A program made the translations under genes and the position numbers. Under the pieces are notes generated by a model that did not search any database, was not told the origin of the DNA, and saw only the letters and a list, made by a program, of their open reading frames with translations. From Sarea resinae (taxonomy: Eukaryota): a stretch of DNA of 64,000 bases. This document shows positions 1 to 13,045 of this stretch, one piece after another (positions within the stretch are counted from its first letter, which is position 1; the number at the start of each line of letters is the position of its first letter). The DNA lies in contig JAPEUD010000015.1 in the NCBI GenBank assembly GCA_026026165.1, positions 310,001 through 374,000 of the forward strand, read 5' to 3'.

Positions 1-234
1 TCTCCCCTTCGCTCGAGCGTTTGCGAGACACTGCTCTGCGACCTTGCTGCCCCACCGTTCGCTGGGCAATTGGCTACAACATCGATCGCAGAGTGTCATT
101 CAGCCTTGACACCTAAAAGTGCGTCTGGCGCGAACGGATGGCTCTTTACACGTACCAGAATACCCCGATCATCGTCAAAGTTCTGATAAGTTTTGTCAAG
201 TAGACGCGCATTCAAGACGAATGCGCACTTAGAG

Positions 235-2696
235 ATGGTAGATGGAAACGGCGAATCCAGGTACGGTCCTCGGCCATCTTCCCTAATAGCACATCTGATG
301 TTTGATAGGCGGAAATTCTCCGCATCGTCGGGTAAACAAGCCTCTAAGGATGGAGGACGATTGCAGAACAACTTGGGACGCGCGCCCACCTCTTCATCTG
401 CCCAACGAGTAATATCTACTTCCTCCAGTCGATCGAGTCTGGCCGTGTCATCTCCCAAGTCGAGCTCCACTCAGGTGATGGGTTCACTCGACTCCGAATA
501 TGGGCCAACACCACCGACATCGAGCAGCGGGTCGATAGGCTTCCGAACAAATATATTCCGTTCGGGCAGGGAGAAGGCGGGTTCGATTCGAGAGGAAGCA
601 GAGAATGACGTTCCGGAAACTACGCTCACGGCTTTGCCTGCTCCAGGAGGCGAGACTGCTGCCTCTCGCGGAAGAGCACGGAAAGGGTCCAATGCCAAGT
701 TGACGAGAAAGCCCAGCAACAAGGACCGAGGAGCGCCTTCGAATAGCCCCACCCGGGGAACGTCGTACGAAAGCGATAGTTCAGAAGGTCAGCAGGATGT
801 GAGAAGGGGTTCTGTGATAGGAAAGGTTGCACAAAAGGCAAAACTGGTTCTACCGTCCAAGCGGAATCAGAGGGAAGCTGGTGGCTTGAAGATAGCCACC
901 AAATCCACACCTTCGTCGCCTTCGTTACAGAGCTCACCTGCGATGGAAATGGCGTCACACGAGGCCGATTATTCCTCGGAGAGTAGCGACGACGGGCGCA
1001 ACGACTACAAATCTATCCGATCATATAAGGGAAAGCAAGACGACCGACAGTCGATTCGAGGCAGCTCTCGACCACAATTGGCCGGCGCGTATAATAGCTC
1101 AAGGGAGAAGGATCTGTTCGGCAGTGTCTCGCCTCGAGATGGGAACATTCTGGACGCTGAATCCATCCTGTCGAGGAATATCACTGCAGAAATGACGGCG
1201 CAGAACAGAGGACAAGCTTCTACGACGAAACCGCCTCCCAACGTTAAACGAATCGAGAAGATTATGGATATGTCAACGCTTAGTTTGGACGAGGAAAAGA
1301 AAACCCCAGATCGGCCCTCTTCCGCAAAGCCAACAGATGGATCAAATGCCGACAAGCCAAAAGACGCTGCTTCGGGTTCTTCTTCGGGAAGAATGCCCAG
1401 TTCAAGGTCGAACGATTCACTATCAGGAATCTCGACTCAAATGCATAAATCGCGCTCAACCGAGAAGATCTTAAATCGTCCAGCTGCACCGAGATCGACC
1501 TCAGCTATCAAGCTTAATTCTTCTGCATCGACCTTGGACGGGCACGTCGCAAGAGCAGAGACGGCACCATTTAAACAGAGGCGTTTGCCAATTTATTCTC
1601 CACCAATTCCAGATCCAGAGAAGGCTCCAAAGGTAGAATCTGCACCGCCAAGTGGGATGTACTGGGCTCGTCCTCAAACATGCGGATACGACCACTCGGC
1701 ATTTCGAGCTCATACTACTAGCCTAGTCGGCAGCAACATTTTCGTCTTCGGTGGTTGCGACGCCAAGTCCTGCTTTAATACCCTCTACGCTTTTGACGCA
1801 GATTGCCTATTCTGGTCGCAGCCACGCTGCACTGGCGAGAAACCGCCTCCCTTGCGAGCCATGACCACGACGGCTGTGGGCAAGAAACTCGTCATCTTTG
1901 GCGGCGGAGATGGTCCTACATACTACAATGACCTCTACGTCCTCGACACCGTCAATTTTCGCTTCAGAAAACCCAAAATCAATGGAATCCTCCCATCAAA
2001 GCGAAGAGCGCATACCGCCTGCCTCTACAAAAACGGCATCTTCATCTTCGGTGGCGGCGATGGCGTCCGGGCTCTCAACGACGTCTGGCGGCTCGATGCC
2101 TCGGACCTGTCTCGCCCGTCATGGCGTCAGGTCAGCGCGCCCACCACGGCCAAGAGTGGTAACAGTGGGCGCGACGCCCGTCCGACCGCTCGCGGCTACC
2201 ACACTGCGAACATGGTTGGGTCCAAACTTATCATCTTCGGCGGTTCCGATGGCGTCGAATGTTTCCGCGACGTCTGGATCTTCGACGTCGAGGCAAACGT
2301 ATGGAAAACCGTCGATATAGGCGGCCTATCCTTTCCTCGTTTATCCCACACCGCGACCGTGGTGGGCTCTTATCTGTTTGTGATTGGCGGGCATGACGGG
2401 GTTAATTATTGCGATGATGTGCTTTTGCTTAATCTGGTGACGATGCAGTGGGATCGGAGGAAGGTATACGGCGTCCCGCCTAGTGGAAGGGGTTATCATG
2501 GGACGGTGCTTTATGATTCGCGACTTTTTATTATTGGCGGGTTTGATGGGTGAGTTTGCTTGTCACGCCGACTTTTTTGAATTCTCTGATACTGATGATG
2601 AGTGCTAGACAAACCGTTTTCGATGATACCTTTTACCTCGAGCTGGGCGTCAGTGCTTATTACTCGCAAATCTCGCACTTTACTATCGATGTATAA
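235..2696 (+). CDS. Kelch-repeat beta-propeller protein with long Ser-rich disordered N-terminus
   Basis: Six Kelch repeats (e.g. AHTTSLVGSNIFVFGG, HTACLYKNGIFIFGGG, YHTANMVGSKLIIFGG). Intron 2550-2608 (GTGAGT..CTGAT..TAG), last exon ends ...SQISHFTIDV*. First in-frame ATG at 235; true start uncertain (ATG 298 possible). Confidence 0.88.
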
Positions 2697-3859
2697 TCCA
2701 TCCGAAGTCAGTGTCCCCAGGCTTCAAGCTCCAAATCCTTGCTATTTGAGCGACAGCCAGCCAGCCAACGAGGGCTTTATTGTGCCTTTTCTTGCCGCTA
2801 GCTTCTTCCCTTGCACCCAACCTCTTTGGTCTCATGAGTCTATGCGCCACAAACACACGTCTGTTACTTGATGTCCGCTCCCTGAATCGAACGCAACGGA
2901 TCAAGTCACATTCCGAAGAAGCTCCCTCCAAGTGACATTCATCTCAAGACTTGATAATCGACCCCGAAACCAGGTCTTCTCAGCCTAGCCTAGCCTAGCG
3001 GATTCACACAGTAGATATTGGTGGCTGACTATACCAAACCATCTGAATCCTGTTATGATATCTTTATGATTTGCTCGCTCGCTCGATCTTCTGTCTTTGT
3101 TGTTCTTCTCTGTCCTAGCTTGAGGTTGGCTTAAGGTATACTTTGGTATGCCGTGCAATCATTGCGATGCAATAGAACGCTACGATATATATGACCTTGA
3201 AGCCACTCGATGCTCGCGACTCGCCGCTCCAGCTCCAGCCCTCTATCTATCTCTATATCTCTGGCCTCAGGAGGTGACAGAGAACGAAAAACAAAACAAG
3301 CAAGGGATGAGAGATCCTACAGCGAACTCAGAGCAGTCTGTTCACATCAGGAACAAAGGTGCAACCAACAAGGAAGAACGCCTAGGTTCCCAGAACACTG
3401 GGTACTCCATTATAGAAAACAAGCTAGACCACTTCAGCGACCTCACGTGTGGGGCATGCTTCAGCGGCGCGCGGTCCTCGTCGGCAGGACAGTATGGCCA
3501 CAGGAAGAGGAGTCGATCGTCGCAGACCCAGGTCTACGGTCAGAGGAGAGAAAAAGTCCACGCCTGGTCCGGGGAGAAGTCGGCACGGTTGTCTCGAAAC
3601 GACAACAGAGACGAGAAGGCTAAACAAGGGGGAAGAGAGAAGGGGCGAAGGATGCACGATGCCATCACGTCATCTGTTCACATTCTGGTATGGCTTGCTC
3701 TCATCACGTCTTTCTCACGCGACCTCCTTGTCCCCAGACTGGGCCTTTCACTCTCGCCGAGGAACGGGGATAGAGACGGCTTGGTGTTGTGGTTGGGGGT
3801 GTCATTCGGATTGAGGTTGGACTGGGTCTGGGTTTGCGTGCTCGTGTTGAGTAGGATGG

Positions 3860-5125
3860 ACTGACTGGATGAGTATAGATGAGTAGGATGAGTCGGTTGA
3901 CTGGATGAGTATAGATAGTACGATGACTTGGAGGAGCAGGAAGGTGCAATGAGCACGATGAGCACGACAAGTATGACAAGCAGGGTATACCGTGACGAGT
4001 CAGAGCAGAGCAGAGTAGAGTTTCCAAAAGACCAAAGACAAAACAAGAGGCCTCGGTAGTTTGTTTCTTTGTTTGTCTGTCTGTCTATTTGTTCGTTTGT
4101 TCGTTTATTTATTTATTTATTTGTCTGTCTGTTTCTTTGTTGGTCTGTTTGCTTGCTTGCTGGTTCGTTCGTTTCAGTATTTGGATTTGGATTTGCCAAG
4201 GAGGAGAGAGGAAAGGAGAGGAAAGGAAAGGAGCGGGAGAGATACCATTTTCAATTTCAGTTTCCGTGTCTAGGTCGAGTTAGGTCGGGTTAAGTTCAGT
4301 CAAGCCGAGTCTGATGTCAAGTCTCTTGTCTAGTTATTTCGGTAGTATAGTACTATCTATCTATCTATATCTATCACCCATCACCTGTATCTATCACCTG
4401 TATCTATCTCTCTGTCTAGTTATCTTTGTCTATGCTCTCCGTCTGGCTACCTATATCTATTGTTGATTATCAAGTCTCACCTCTCACCTCTTACCTCTCA
4501 CCTCCCATCTATCACCTATCACCCATCTACCATCTAAAAAAAACAAAAGAAAAAAAAAACTTCTACACTAGTCCTCACCCTCCACCTTCCACCCTCCATC
4601 CTCCACCCTCTATCCTCTATCCTCTCATTTTCTTGTATTTGTTTTTCTTTCTTTCCCTTGATCAACATCTATCTCTACGTGACAAGCGCTCCTTCTTGAT
4701 CGAGCGCGCCGTTTTTTTTTTCTTTTTCCTTTTTTCCGTTTTTGGGGGTTCAGGATAGTTCGGCGCGGCGCGGCGCGGGGCAGGGTCGGGAGAGAGATGG
4801 GTAGGTAGGTAGGGTTGGGGGGGGGGATTAGGTAGGGGTTATGTGTGGCTTTTATATAGCTTACTTAGGAGGTAGGCAACGCAAGACAAGGTAGGCAAGG
4901 TAGATAGATACCTAGGCAAGGTAAACTGTAAGGTAGGTAAACCGTAAGGTACAGTAGGTAGGCAGGCAAGGTAGGTAGATAGGCAGCTAGATCCTCACAA
5001 AACAATCAATCAATCAAACAATCTAGCCTAATAACATGACAAGACAAGAATAATATCCATGGCGGAAATCAGATCAGAGTACCTAAACAAGGTAGGTAGG
5101 TCGAGTAGGATATTTCCGAATAACG

Positions 5126-5200
<75 letters not shown>

Positions 5201-5900
5201 CACTCCACTCTATCTATATATATATAGAAGCGCTCGCTGATCTGGCGGCTGAATACTAAGTAAAGGAGGGAGGGATGTAGAGTTGGATAGGTACAATTCA
5301 AGAGCGCAAGTATACCGGAGAGCCTAAATGCTTTTGGCATTTGTGATAGGCAGGCAGGTAATTGATTACCTAGGTAAGGGAGGTAGGCGGGTAGATGGAG
5401 ATTCGACTATTGGATATAAAAGCTTAGTAGGCAGATAGGTAGGCAGGCCGGCAAAGTTGGAACGGGTCAAATGAGCTAATAGAGATACATTGTATCCGGT
5501 CTATCTATCATATAAGAACCTCCCCCTGACCTTCCCGCCCAGCTGCAACTACCTCTACTATTGCCGCTCAAAAGACTAGATCGATCTGTTGGTCGGCCTG
5601 TCGGTCGGTCGGTCGGCCTGAAGGAGCCAGCCAAGCAGCTCCAGAGACAATCCAACACACGCGAAAACGACGCTGACGGAAGGACTGATTGATTGACGGA
5701 AAACTGACAAAGGGAAGTAAAGGGAGGTGGGAAAAAAGGGGGTCGTGAGGGAGAGAGACAGAGATGTGGTGAAGACGAAGGTGCAGGTGGAGGGGTTATA
5801 TACAAGGGTGCATGAGGATTCATGCGGCACATAGGTGGAATCATGAGGCACAAGGTAGGATAGGCCAGGGCGTCGTGGGTAGCTAGGTCGTGCCGGTTGA
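3860..5900. repeat. Low-complexity / microsatellite island between convergent Kelch and Rcf2 genes
   Basis: Degenerate (TTTG/TTTA)n ~4060-4175, (CTAT)n ~4350-4470, (GGTA/GGCA)n ~4800-4990, duplicated TGACTGGATGAGTATAGAT near 3862 and 3898. Confidence 0.85.
5129..5196. repeat. (TC)34 perfect microsatellite
   Basis: Directly visible. Confidence 0.97.
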
Positions 5901-5980
5901 AACGCTGTCTATAGAGTCGTGGTAGGTAGATTGGTAGGTGGCTGGCCAGGCCGAGACGTCGACAGGCGCGCGAGACGGTC

Positions 5981-6896
5981 CTATTTCTTCTCCTTGAGCT
6001 CCTTGACCTCGGATTTCGACGACGCCGCTTCGGCTTCCCTCTCCTTCATCTTGCGCTCTTCGGCCTCCACCATGTCTGTAAAACATCAGCATATACTCAA
6101 CCCAGAAGATGGCGAGAAACGAAGCAACATACCCCTCCACATGTCCTCGCCGGCATATCGCTCATGGTGAATCTTCTTCTCGATGATGTGCTTGTGCGTG
6201 GGGTCGTTCGGGTCCAGGATCTTGACCGTCTCCCACCGGCCCTTGCCCTTGTTGGCGTCGCCAATCTCCAGCGCCGCCGTCGCCACCAGCACCGCGAGCG
6301 TGAGACCCTGCGCATACACACGCGCCTGCACCAGCTTCTGCTGCCCGGTCAAGTACGGATTGCGGCCGACGATGGCACCGGCGACGCCCATGGAGGCGAC
6401 CCACGACCCGAAGACGATCGGGTACCGGTGCTCGCGCGCCCAGTCGAGCGTACGCGTGCCGAACGACTTCTGTGACTCGATTTGCGCCAGCAGCTGCGAG
6501 TTTTCGTCACCCCGGAATTTGTCCTCCGGGTGGCGTTCCATTTCAAAGTTGTGCGATGCGCGGTCGGCCGAGACGATGGCTGTTGATCCTCATTAGCCTT
6601 TGCTTTTCCTTTGGCGAACAAGGAATCAGAGAAAAGCCTTACTTGCGAAGAGACCCGAGGCTGTCACGAGAAAGGCCCTCAATGGCAGATTCAGCGTCCG
6701 AAAGGCGGGATATCGTTTTGTGGCTGCAAAGACACCGAGCAGGCCGGTGGAAACGCCCACGGCGCCACCAAGGATGCCGCCTTTGACGGTGGCACTGTCG
6801 AGGGGACGTCAGTAAATGCAATTGCGTCTGTTGTCGTGAAATCGGCAGAACTCACTGGTAGTGGTCTCGCTCTTCTTCGGCTGTGAGGATCTTCAT
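5981..6896 (-). CDS. RCF2: Respiratory supercomplex factor 2-like, HIG1-domain mitochondrial membrane protein
   Basis: Starts MKILTAEEERDHYH; HIG1 motif QKLVQARVYAQGLTLAVL. Introns 6795-6855, 6580-6642, 6076-6132 all keep the frame; stop TAG at 5981-5983. Confidence 0.9.
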
Positions 6897-7930
6897 GTTT
6901 GCTGGTGAGGTAAAGAAATGGGTGGGTGGAGTTGCGGTTAAGAGGCGGTTCTATTCTTCGAGGGCGGATACAGAGAGGTGCTTGGCTCGTTTTCGTGTTC
7001 GGAGGCGTTGTATCAGATGGATTGATCAGATCAGACAACAAAGTCGTACGCGGACGTCAGGTATTCAGGCAAAATGGTGAGGGTGAGGGTAAGGTGAGGG
7101 CGATGGTGAGGAGGGGATGTTTGAGGTTGGTTTGGTTGGGAAGAGAAGACTCGAATATCTGATCAGAATCAGCTCGGACTGGTGTGAGCATTGAGGTGAT
7201 GATATAGTCCCCGGGCACGGACTGGACTACAGCGTCCACTACACTACATGACGTTTTTCTGCTTTGCGTTCTGTGGTACGGCATGTCATGACGGCCTACC
7301 AGAGGTACTGGCTACCGCACACGCCCGCACGCTCTGGCTGTCCGAGCAAGTCGACTCTACCGACCCCAAACACCTTGGAAATGCAAGCCGGCGCTCTGTT
7401 TTCTACGCTGCCGTACCCGTCCGAATCGGTCGGGAAAGGGCTCTATCACTGAGCCTCGATCGTCGCCTTCAGCTTCGTTGTTGCTCCTCCATCTTCCGTC
7501 GGAAAAGGACAGAATCTGCCACGCCAGGCAGGTCGGAACCTTGCATTGGACCTGCCCGGCCAGGGCCACCGGCATCTTTTTCCGATGCGGCATGCAAGGT
7601 CGAGAGTACCTTGGGTCAAGTACCGAGTCATTTCATGGTGGTCCACTCTACCAGCCTCGACCGCCCAAGGACGGCAGAGTCCAAGTACTCGTACGCGCTC
7701 TCAACATGGCACGCCCTCGGCATCGAGTATCGAGTACCCCACGTCCGATCAACGCCCCTGATGGGCTCATTGCATCATGGGCTGAGTCGGATAGATCGGC
7801 CACTTGCATCTCCAGGCCCAGGGGGCGCTCTTTGTTCTCTTTGTTGGGTCAGGGACTCGTCGACCGTACGAGTGCTCCATCTCTCATTGCAACCGAACCT
7901 CTATCCCTATCCCTAGCCCTATGCCTATGC

Positions 7931-9303
7931 CTATGCCTGATTACGCCTGAATCGGATCCAGAGAGTCGTCGCCAAAGTCACCACCAATGCGCCTCTTCCT
8001 ATCATCGTCACCGTCACCGCCTTTCTCACCAGGTCGTAATATCCCTCGAGCATGAGCCCCACCGCGCTCGACTGAGAATTGCCAACACCCAGACGGCCCA
8101 TCCCGACCACGCCAGTGGCCACCTCCGGCTTCTCTGCCGTTGGGGCACTGACCGCATCCAGCCCTTCTTCGATCGCTGCCGTTGTTCCCTGTTCGCCATG
8201 CTCGAGCTCACTTTCCTTGCGCCTGCGAAAGGAGTAAGTCATCATCCAGACGACGAACCGCACATCCCTTCTGGAAAACGTCGGGTATGTCCACAGCTGC
8301 ATGGCGTCGTGCGGGGGAAGCAGCATCAGAAAGTCGGCGAGGATACCGAGAGTCAAACCCCATAACAGCAGAGGCTTGTCAGTGCTGGTTGACCCGCCAT
8401 ATTCGCCGGGCTGCCACTTCATCAGCCGTTCAAAGTATGACGCCTCGCCATCGATGCTGTTCGAGGCCGGCTCTGGGAGGAATCCGGGGATGGTACTGCT
8501 ATATAAGCTCTCCGTCGGGACCAGACGAACGGCACTAAAGAGCATCTGCCCTAGCATAGCTCGTAGAAATCCCCTAGAAGCCATGCCCCATCGACTGGCG
8601 AGCCGGTCCGTGACGTCGGCCCGCTCGAACGTTCGTAGAGCAGGTGACAGCAGAGCCCTGACCGAGACCCAATGCGCCGATCCGACTTCACTCGGCTGTA
8701 ATCTCAAGGGCTGTACTTCGTGCTGGGTGACTAAGAAGACGAATGGGCAGAGCACCATAAGCCTTGCATGGCATTCAGTATGGGCATACTATGTAGTGGC
8801 AGCATGCTTGTGGCAAGGACTCACGGCACCTTCCCCCACGACGTGGTGACCACTCGCTCAGGGAGATTCCCGACGGAGATTGCATTCTTCGCCGTCAGCT
8901 CCAGTCCGACCTCTTCCAAGGTCTCCCGTATTGCTGCAGCCCTATCGTCCTCGTCTTCCGGGTCTCGCTTCCCGCCAGGCAGAGCAACATGACCTGTCCA
9001 CCTGTCTCCGGATCGGGCGGCGCGCTTAATGAACAGAACCTCGGGATCGCCTTGCTTGACCCAGTCCTCCCCGAAGAACGTCTCAAGCTGATCGGCAACA
9101 GACGGTGTCTCGTTGTCCGACAATGCAGATGCCTCTTTCGAGGGCCATTGCGAAGGATGAGGTCGTATCCGGATGACGAGGGCAACAGAAGCTCGTTTCT
9201 TGCACTGCGGGGGGTTTGGGATGTAGGGGTATGGGTTGCTGGTAAGGTTCGTCAAGACATGCTGGAGATTAGCAATCAGATCAGATGGAGCATCAAATGG
9301 CAT
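7931..9303 (-). CDS. Nudix hydrolase (CoA-pyrophosphatase-like) with C-terminal hydrophobic segment
   Basis: Nudix box GGKRDPEDEDDRAAAIRETLEEVGL preceded by WTGHVALPGG; later LWGLTLGI. Intron 8763-8824 joins KVP-LMVLCPF in frame. Confidence 0.88.
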
Positions 9304-9761
9304 GTCGAAAAGACCGAGAGATCAGCATCTAGGGTAGAAGATAGAAGATGCGGGTGGACAGATGCAATTAAAGGCCTCTTGGTCGTGATTTGACTGCTCC
9401 GTATGCCCACGAACATCATTGGAAGCGTGGAAGTCCCCCAATCTGGAGGTAACAGTAAAGGTAACTTGCCTCTTTCGGCGGGCGGTGGCAGAATCACCCA
9501 GCACAACGAGTCGAGACGAATCAGAGAACGTGGGTGTGGTCTGGTGGCTGATTCGCCCACACCTCACCCTCCACACATGTTATTGCCCTCTCAACCGTCC
9601 ATGTGCTCCAGCTTTCTACGCTTCGAGAATCGGCGTTGAATTGCGACCGTGATATTTCAGCGCCAGTCCATGGTATGACAAGAACGTCCATCGAATCCGC
9701 TTGAAGAGCTCTCGATCTTACCACCTGGCTCCACCCTGGCAGAGAGCCACCAAGTGCGGAG

Positions 9762-12331
9762 ATGCGTTATGGACAGACCCTGCGCAATTCCATCTATCCA
9801 CCGTGGAAGGCCAATTACATCGACTATGGACAGCTGAAGAAGCTACTTCGTGAGAATGCATCGGACAAGAAAGGAGCCGAGGAAGCGGACAACTGGACGG
9901 AAGAGGATGAAGGAGCCTTCGTCGAGGAACTGGTGAACGTGCAGTTGGAAAAGGTCAATTCATTCCAGAAAGAGACCTACAAACGACTGAGAGACCGCAC
10001 TTCGGCCTGTGAGACCAGACTGGAACCTCTAGTCAGTCCCCCAGAGGGGCAGGCGAATCAATCCCGCGACGAGGCCAAGGGCAAGGACAAGGACAAGGAC
10101 AAGGACGCTGCAGCCGCAAACGACAGGCAGGAGAGTCTGCGGGACGTGCTCCATGAGCTTGACCAGATTGCAAAGGAGCTCAACGAGCTCGAAAAGTATA
10201 GTCGGATAAACTTCACCGGTTTTCTCAAGGCCGCAAAAAAGCATGATCGGAGACGCGGGTTACGGTATCGAGTGAGGCCGCTTCTACAAGTTCGACTGGG
10301 TACTCTGGCATTCAATTCAGAGGACTATTCGCCGTTGCTGTATAGGTAAGAGTGAGGAATACTTTTCTTGCTTCGGTTCTGACCAATGTTCCAACTAGAT
10401 TGTCTGCAATGTACTCTTTCGTTCGGCAACATTTGGATGGAGAAACGCCTCTGAGAAAATACTCGTCTGCAGACACAGAGACTGGGGGCGAGAAGTACAG
10501 CTCCTTCAAATGTAAGATTCAAGACGTACGTCACGAAACAATACTGACTCACGCGACTAGTTTGGGTTCATCCTGACAACTTACTGGAGCTGAAGACCTA
10601 TATCCTTCGCCGCTTACCAGTATTGGTCTACAACCCACAAACATCCAAGATCGCGGAAGGCGCTCAACGCGACCCTACGATAACGTCCCTCTATTTCGAC
10701 AACTCCAAGTTCTCGTGCTATACCAACAAAGTGGAGCGCACCCCGGGCGCATCGTCTGTGCGGCTTCGCTGGTACGGCCAGCTCAGTCAGAAACCCGAAA
10801 TATTCTTCGAGAAGAAGACCGTAAAGGATGGCGACGAGAGCGAAGGAATCCGATTTCCTATCAAGGAAAAATACATCGAACGCTTCATTCAAGGGGATTA
10901 CAAAATGGAGAAGAGCTTGCAGAAGCTTTCGGATCGCCATGGGCCAGATAGCGAGGAAGTCAAGAGCTTCAAGCAGCGAGTCGATAGCATACAAAGCTTT
11001 ATTCAAGAAAACGACATCCGGCCAATGTTAAGGGCAAACTACACTCGAACGGCTTTCCAACTACCGGGCGATAATCGAGTTAGGATATCTCTGAACACGG
11101 ATTTGGCTCTCATCCGAGAAGACGCGCTGGACGCCGACAGACCTATCCGAGACCCTGATGACTGGCATCGATCCGACATTGATAGTACAGACATGGAGTA
11201 TCCATTCGACCGCATCAGAAAAGGCGAAATCTCACGATTTCCGTATGCTCTTCTAGACATTAAAGTTGAAAACGGACTGGGAAATAAGGCTCACGAATGG
11301 GTCTCTGAGCTGATGTCTTCGCACCTCGTAAAAGAAGCTCCGCGTTTCTCGAAATTCGTCCACGGGGTTGCTCAGCTCTTTGAAGATTATGTCAACAGCT
11401 TTCCATTCTGGCTGAGCGAGCTGGAGGTGGATATTAGAAAAGACCCAGAAACCGCATTCGAAGAGGAGCAAGAAAAGAAAGCGAAACGGGCGGAGGAAGA
11501 GTTTGCTGTCGGAAGCTTCCTAGGCTCACGATCAAGCCCTGCTTTCAAAGCGGCAGTTGGCTCTCCAGCGGGCAAGTCCTTCATGGGACAGGCGAGCCAG
11601 AACAGCGGAGAGAACCGAACATCGATACCACAAGAATCGGAGCATCAGGATGCCATCACCGAGGAAGATGACTCGGATGGCGACGAGCCACAAGCAAGCC
11701 GAAGATTACTCCCATCATCGAAAGGCTTCGGCTCACTTTTACCGTCGTTTTCTACCTCAAAGTATGCTCGTGCCCATCAAGCAATGGAGCTCCCTCCTGG
11801 CGTCACACGGCCATCGAAGCTTATCAAAGATTCTGGCCCAGTCAAAGTGGAGGCCAAAGTGTGGCTTGCTAATCAGAGAACGTTCATCAAATGGCAGCAT
11901 ATCTCTGTTCTTCTTGCTTCTCTATCCCTCGGATTATTCAATGCAGCCGGTGCCACAAACAACGTCGCCCGAGGCTTAGCAGTTGTATACACTCTTATAG
12001 CAGCCTTTGCGGCCGGATGGGGCTGGTGGACCTATGTGACTCGAAGTCGATTGATTCAGGAGCGGAGCGGAAAAGACTTTGACTTTGCCTTTGGGCCAGT
12101 CGTGGTTTGCGTGGCGCTTATTGTCGCTCTGTGCCTGAATTTTGCCTTTAAGGTACGTTGACGTCAAAGCTGTATCATGATATTGACGCAGCTAATCTGT
12201 CGATGCAGTATCGGGCTATGTCTGACAAAGCGAATGGTTCGAGTGAGTTGGGGGTTACGTCGATCTTGAATGATGCTGTTGATTTTGCTACTTCAAGGAG
12301 TCTTCCGTCGATGAAGCAAGACCTCCGGTGA
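9762..12331 (+). CDS. VTC2/3: Vacuolar transporter chaperone subunit (SPX + VTC + DUF202 TM domains), Vtc2/Vtc3-type
   Basis: SPX start MRYGQTL..YIDYGQLKK and KAAKKHDR; VTC motifs KFWVHPDN, TSLYFDN, RLRWYG; TM domain KVWLANQRTFIKW (Vtc2/3-like rather than Vtc4). Introns 10346-10398, 10512-10560, 12153-12208. Confidence 0.9.
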
Positions 12332-13045
12332 TGATTTCAGTTTTGGGTCTATGAGCTGTGGTTGCGTCTGGCTGCCTTCCTATTGTTTCTCCGAGAGTGC
12401 CGATGAGTGTGAAAAGAACAAGGTGGGCATCTTCAAGGGAGGGAAAGTCTGTATGGATGATTTGAAAAGGACAAGATGCACATGGAAGATAGATCAAACA
12501 ACGAAGTGGATTGAGGGGAGAGGTAGCTCTGAGCCCAATCGGCGTGTTATATAGGTGTCAATTATTTGCTGGTGGCTCACTGTCATTACAACTGTCGTCT
12601 TCAGCGGGAATTGGTGATCTCGCGAATCCGATGTCTACTTGCGGCTGCAGAAAGTTGTCCAGCCCATTGATGGTCGAAGTTATGGCCTCTGTAGTTGATC
12701 TAGATTGAACATGAGAATTGAGTCAATGAATGGGTTCTGAGCCATGCAGTCCCAGTAATGGCCAGCTGCGTCCTTTTCTCAGTGGTGTCGATTAACCAGA
12801 GTTGCGTAAGCCAGCTGAAAAGGACGGATATCGTGCATAATTCCGAATAGGGCCAAGAGGCTACAGCGCTGATGATTCAACAACTACTGTTGACCTACTC
12901 GTCAGTGATCAGCGCGGGTCGAATCAGTTAGAGCATGAAATTTCGAGTCTTGCAAGCAAAAGACTCTAAGTCGAGACTTTCGAGTATTTCCTCAATATTC
13001 TTATGCCCCTAGGCGTCGCCTCACTCGTTCTCTCTGGCTAACTTA

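Noticed and set aside
3148..5853. Numerous ORF-track ORFs in island 1 (e.g. 3148-3864, 5083-5340 with ER repeats)
   Set aside because: Translations of microsatellites or low-complexity DNA with no recognisable motifs.
7248..8365. ORFs 7248-7916 and 7478-8365 on the plus strand
   Set aside because: Antisense to the Nudix gene or in its 3' spacer; no protein-like features.
12869..12916. Hammerhead ribozyme suggested by CTGATGA plus hairpin
   Set aside because: The required GAAA after stem II and stems I/III are absent; kept only as a generic hairpin.
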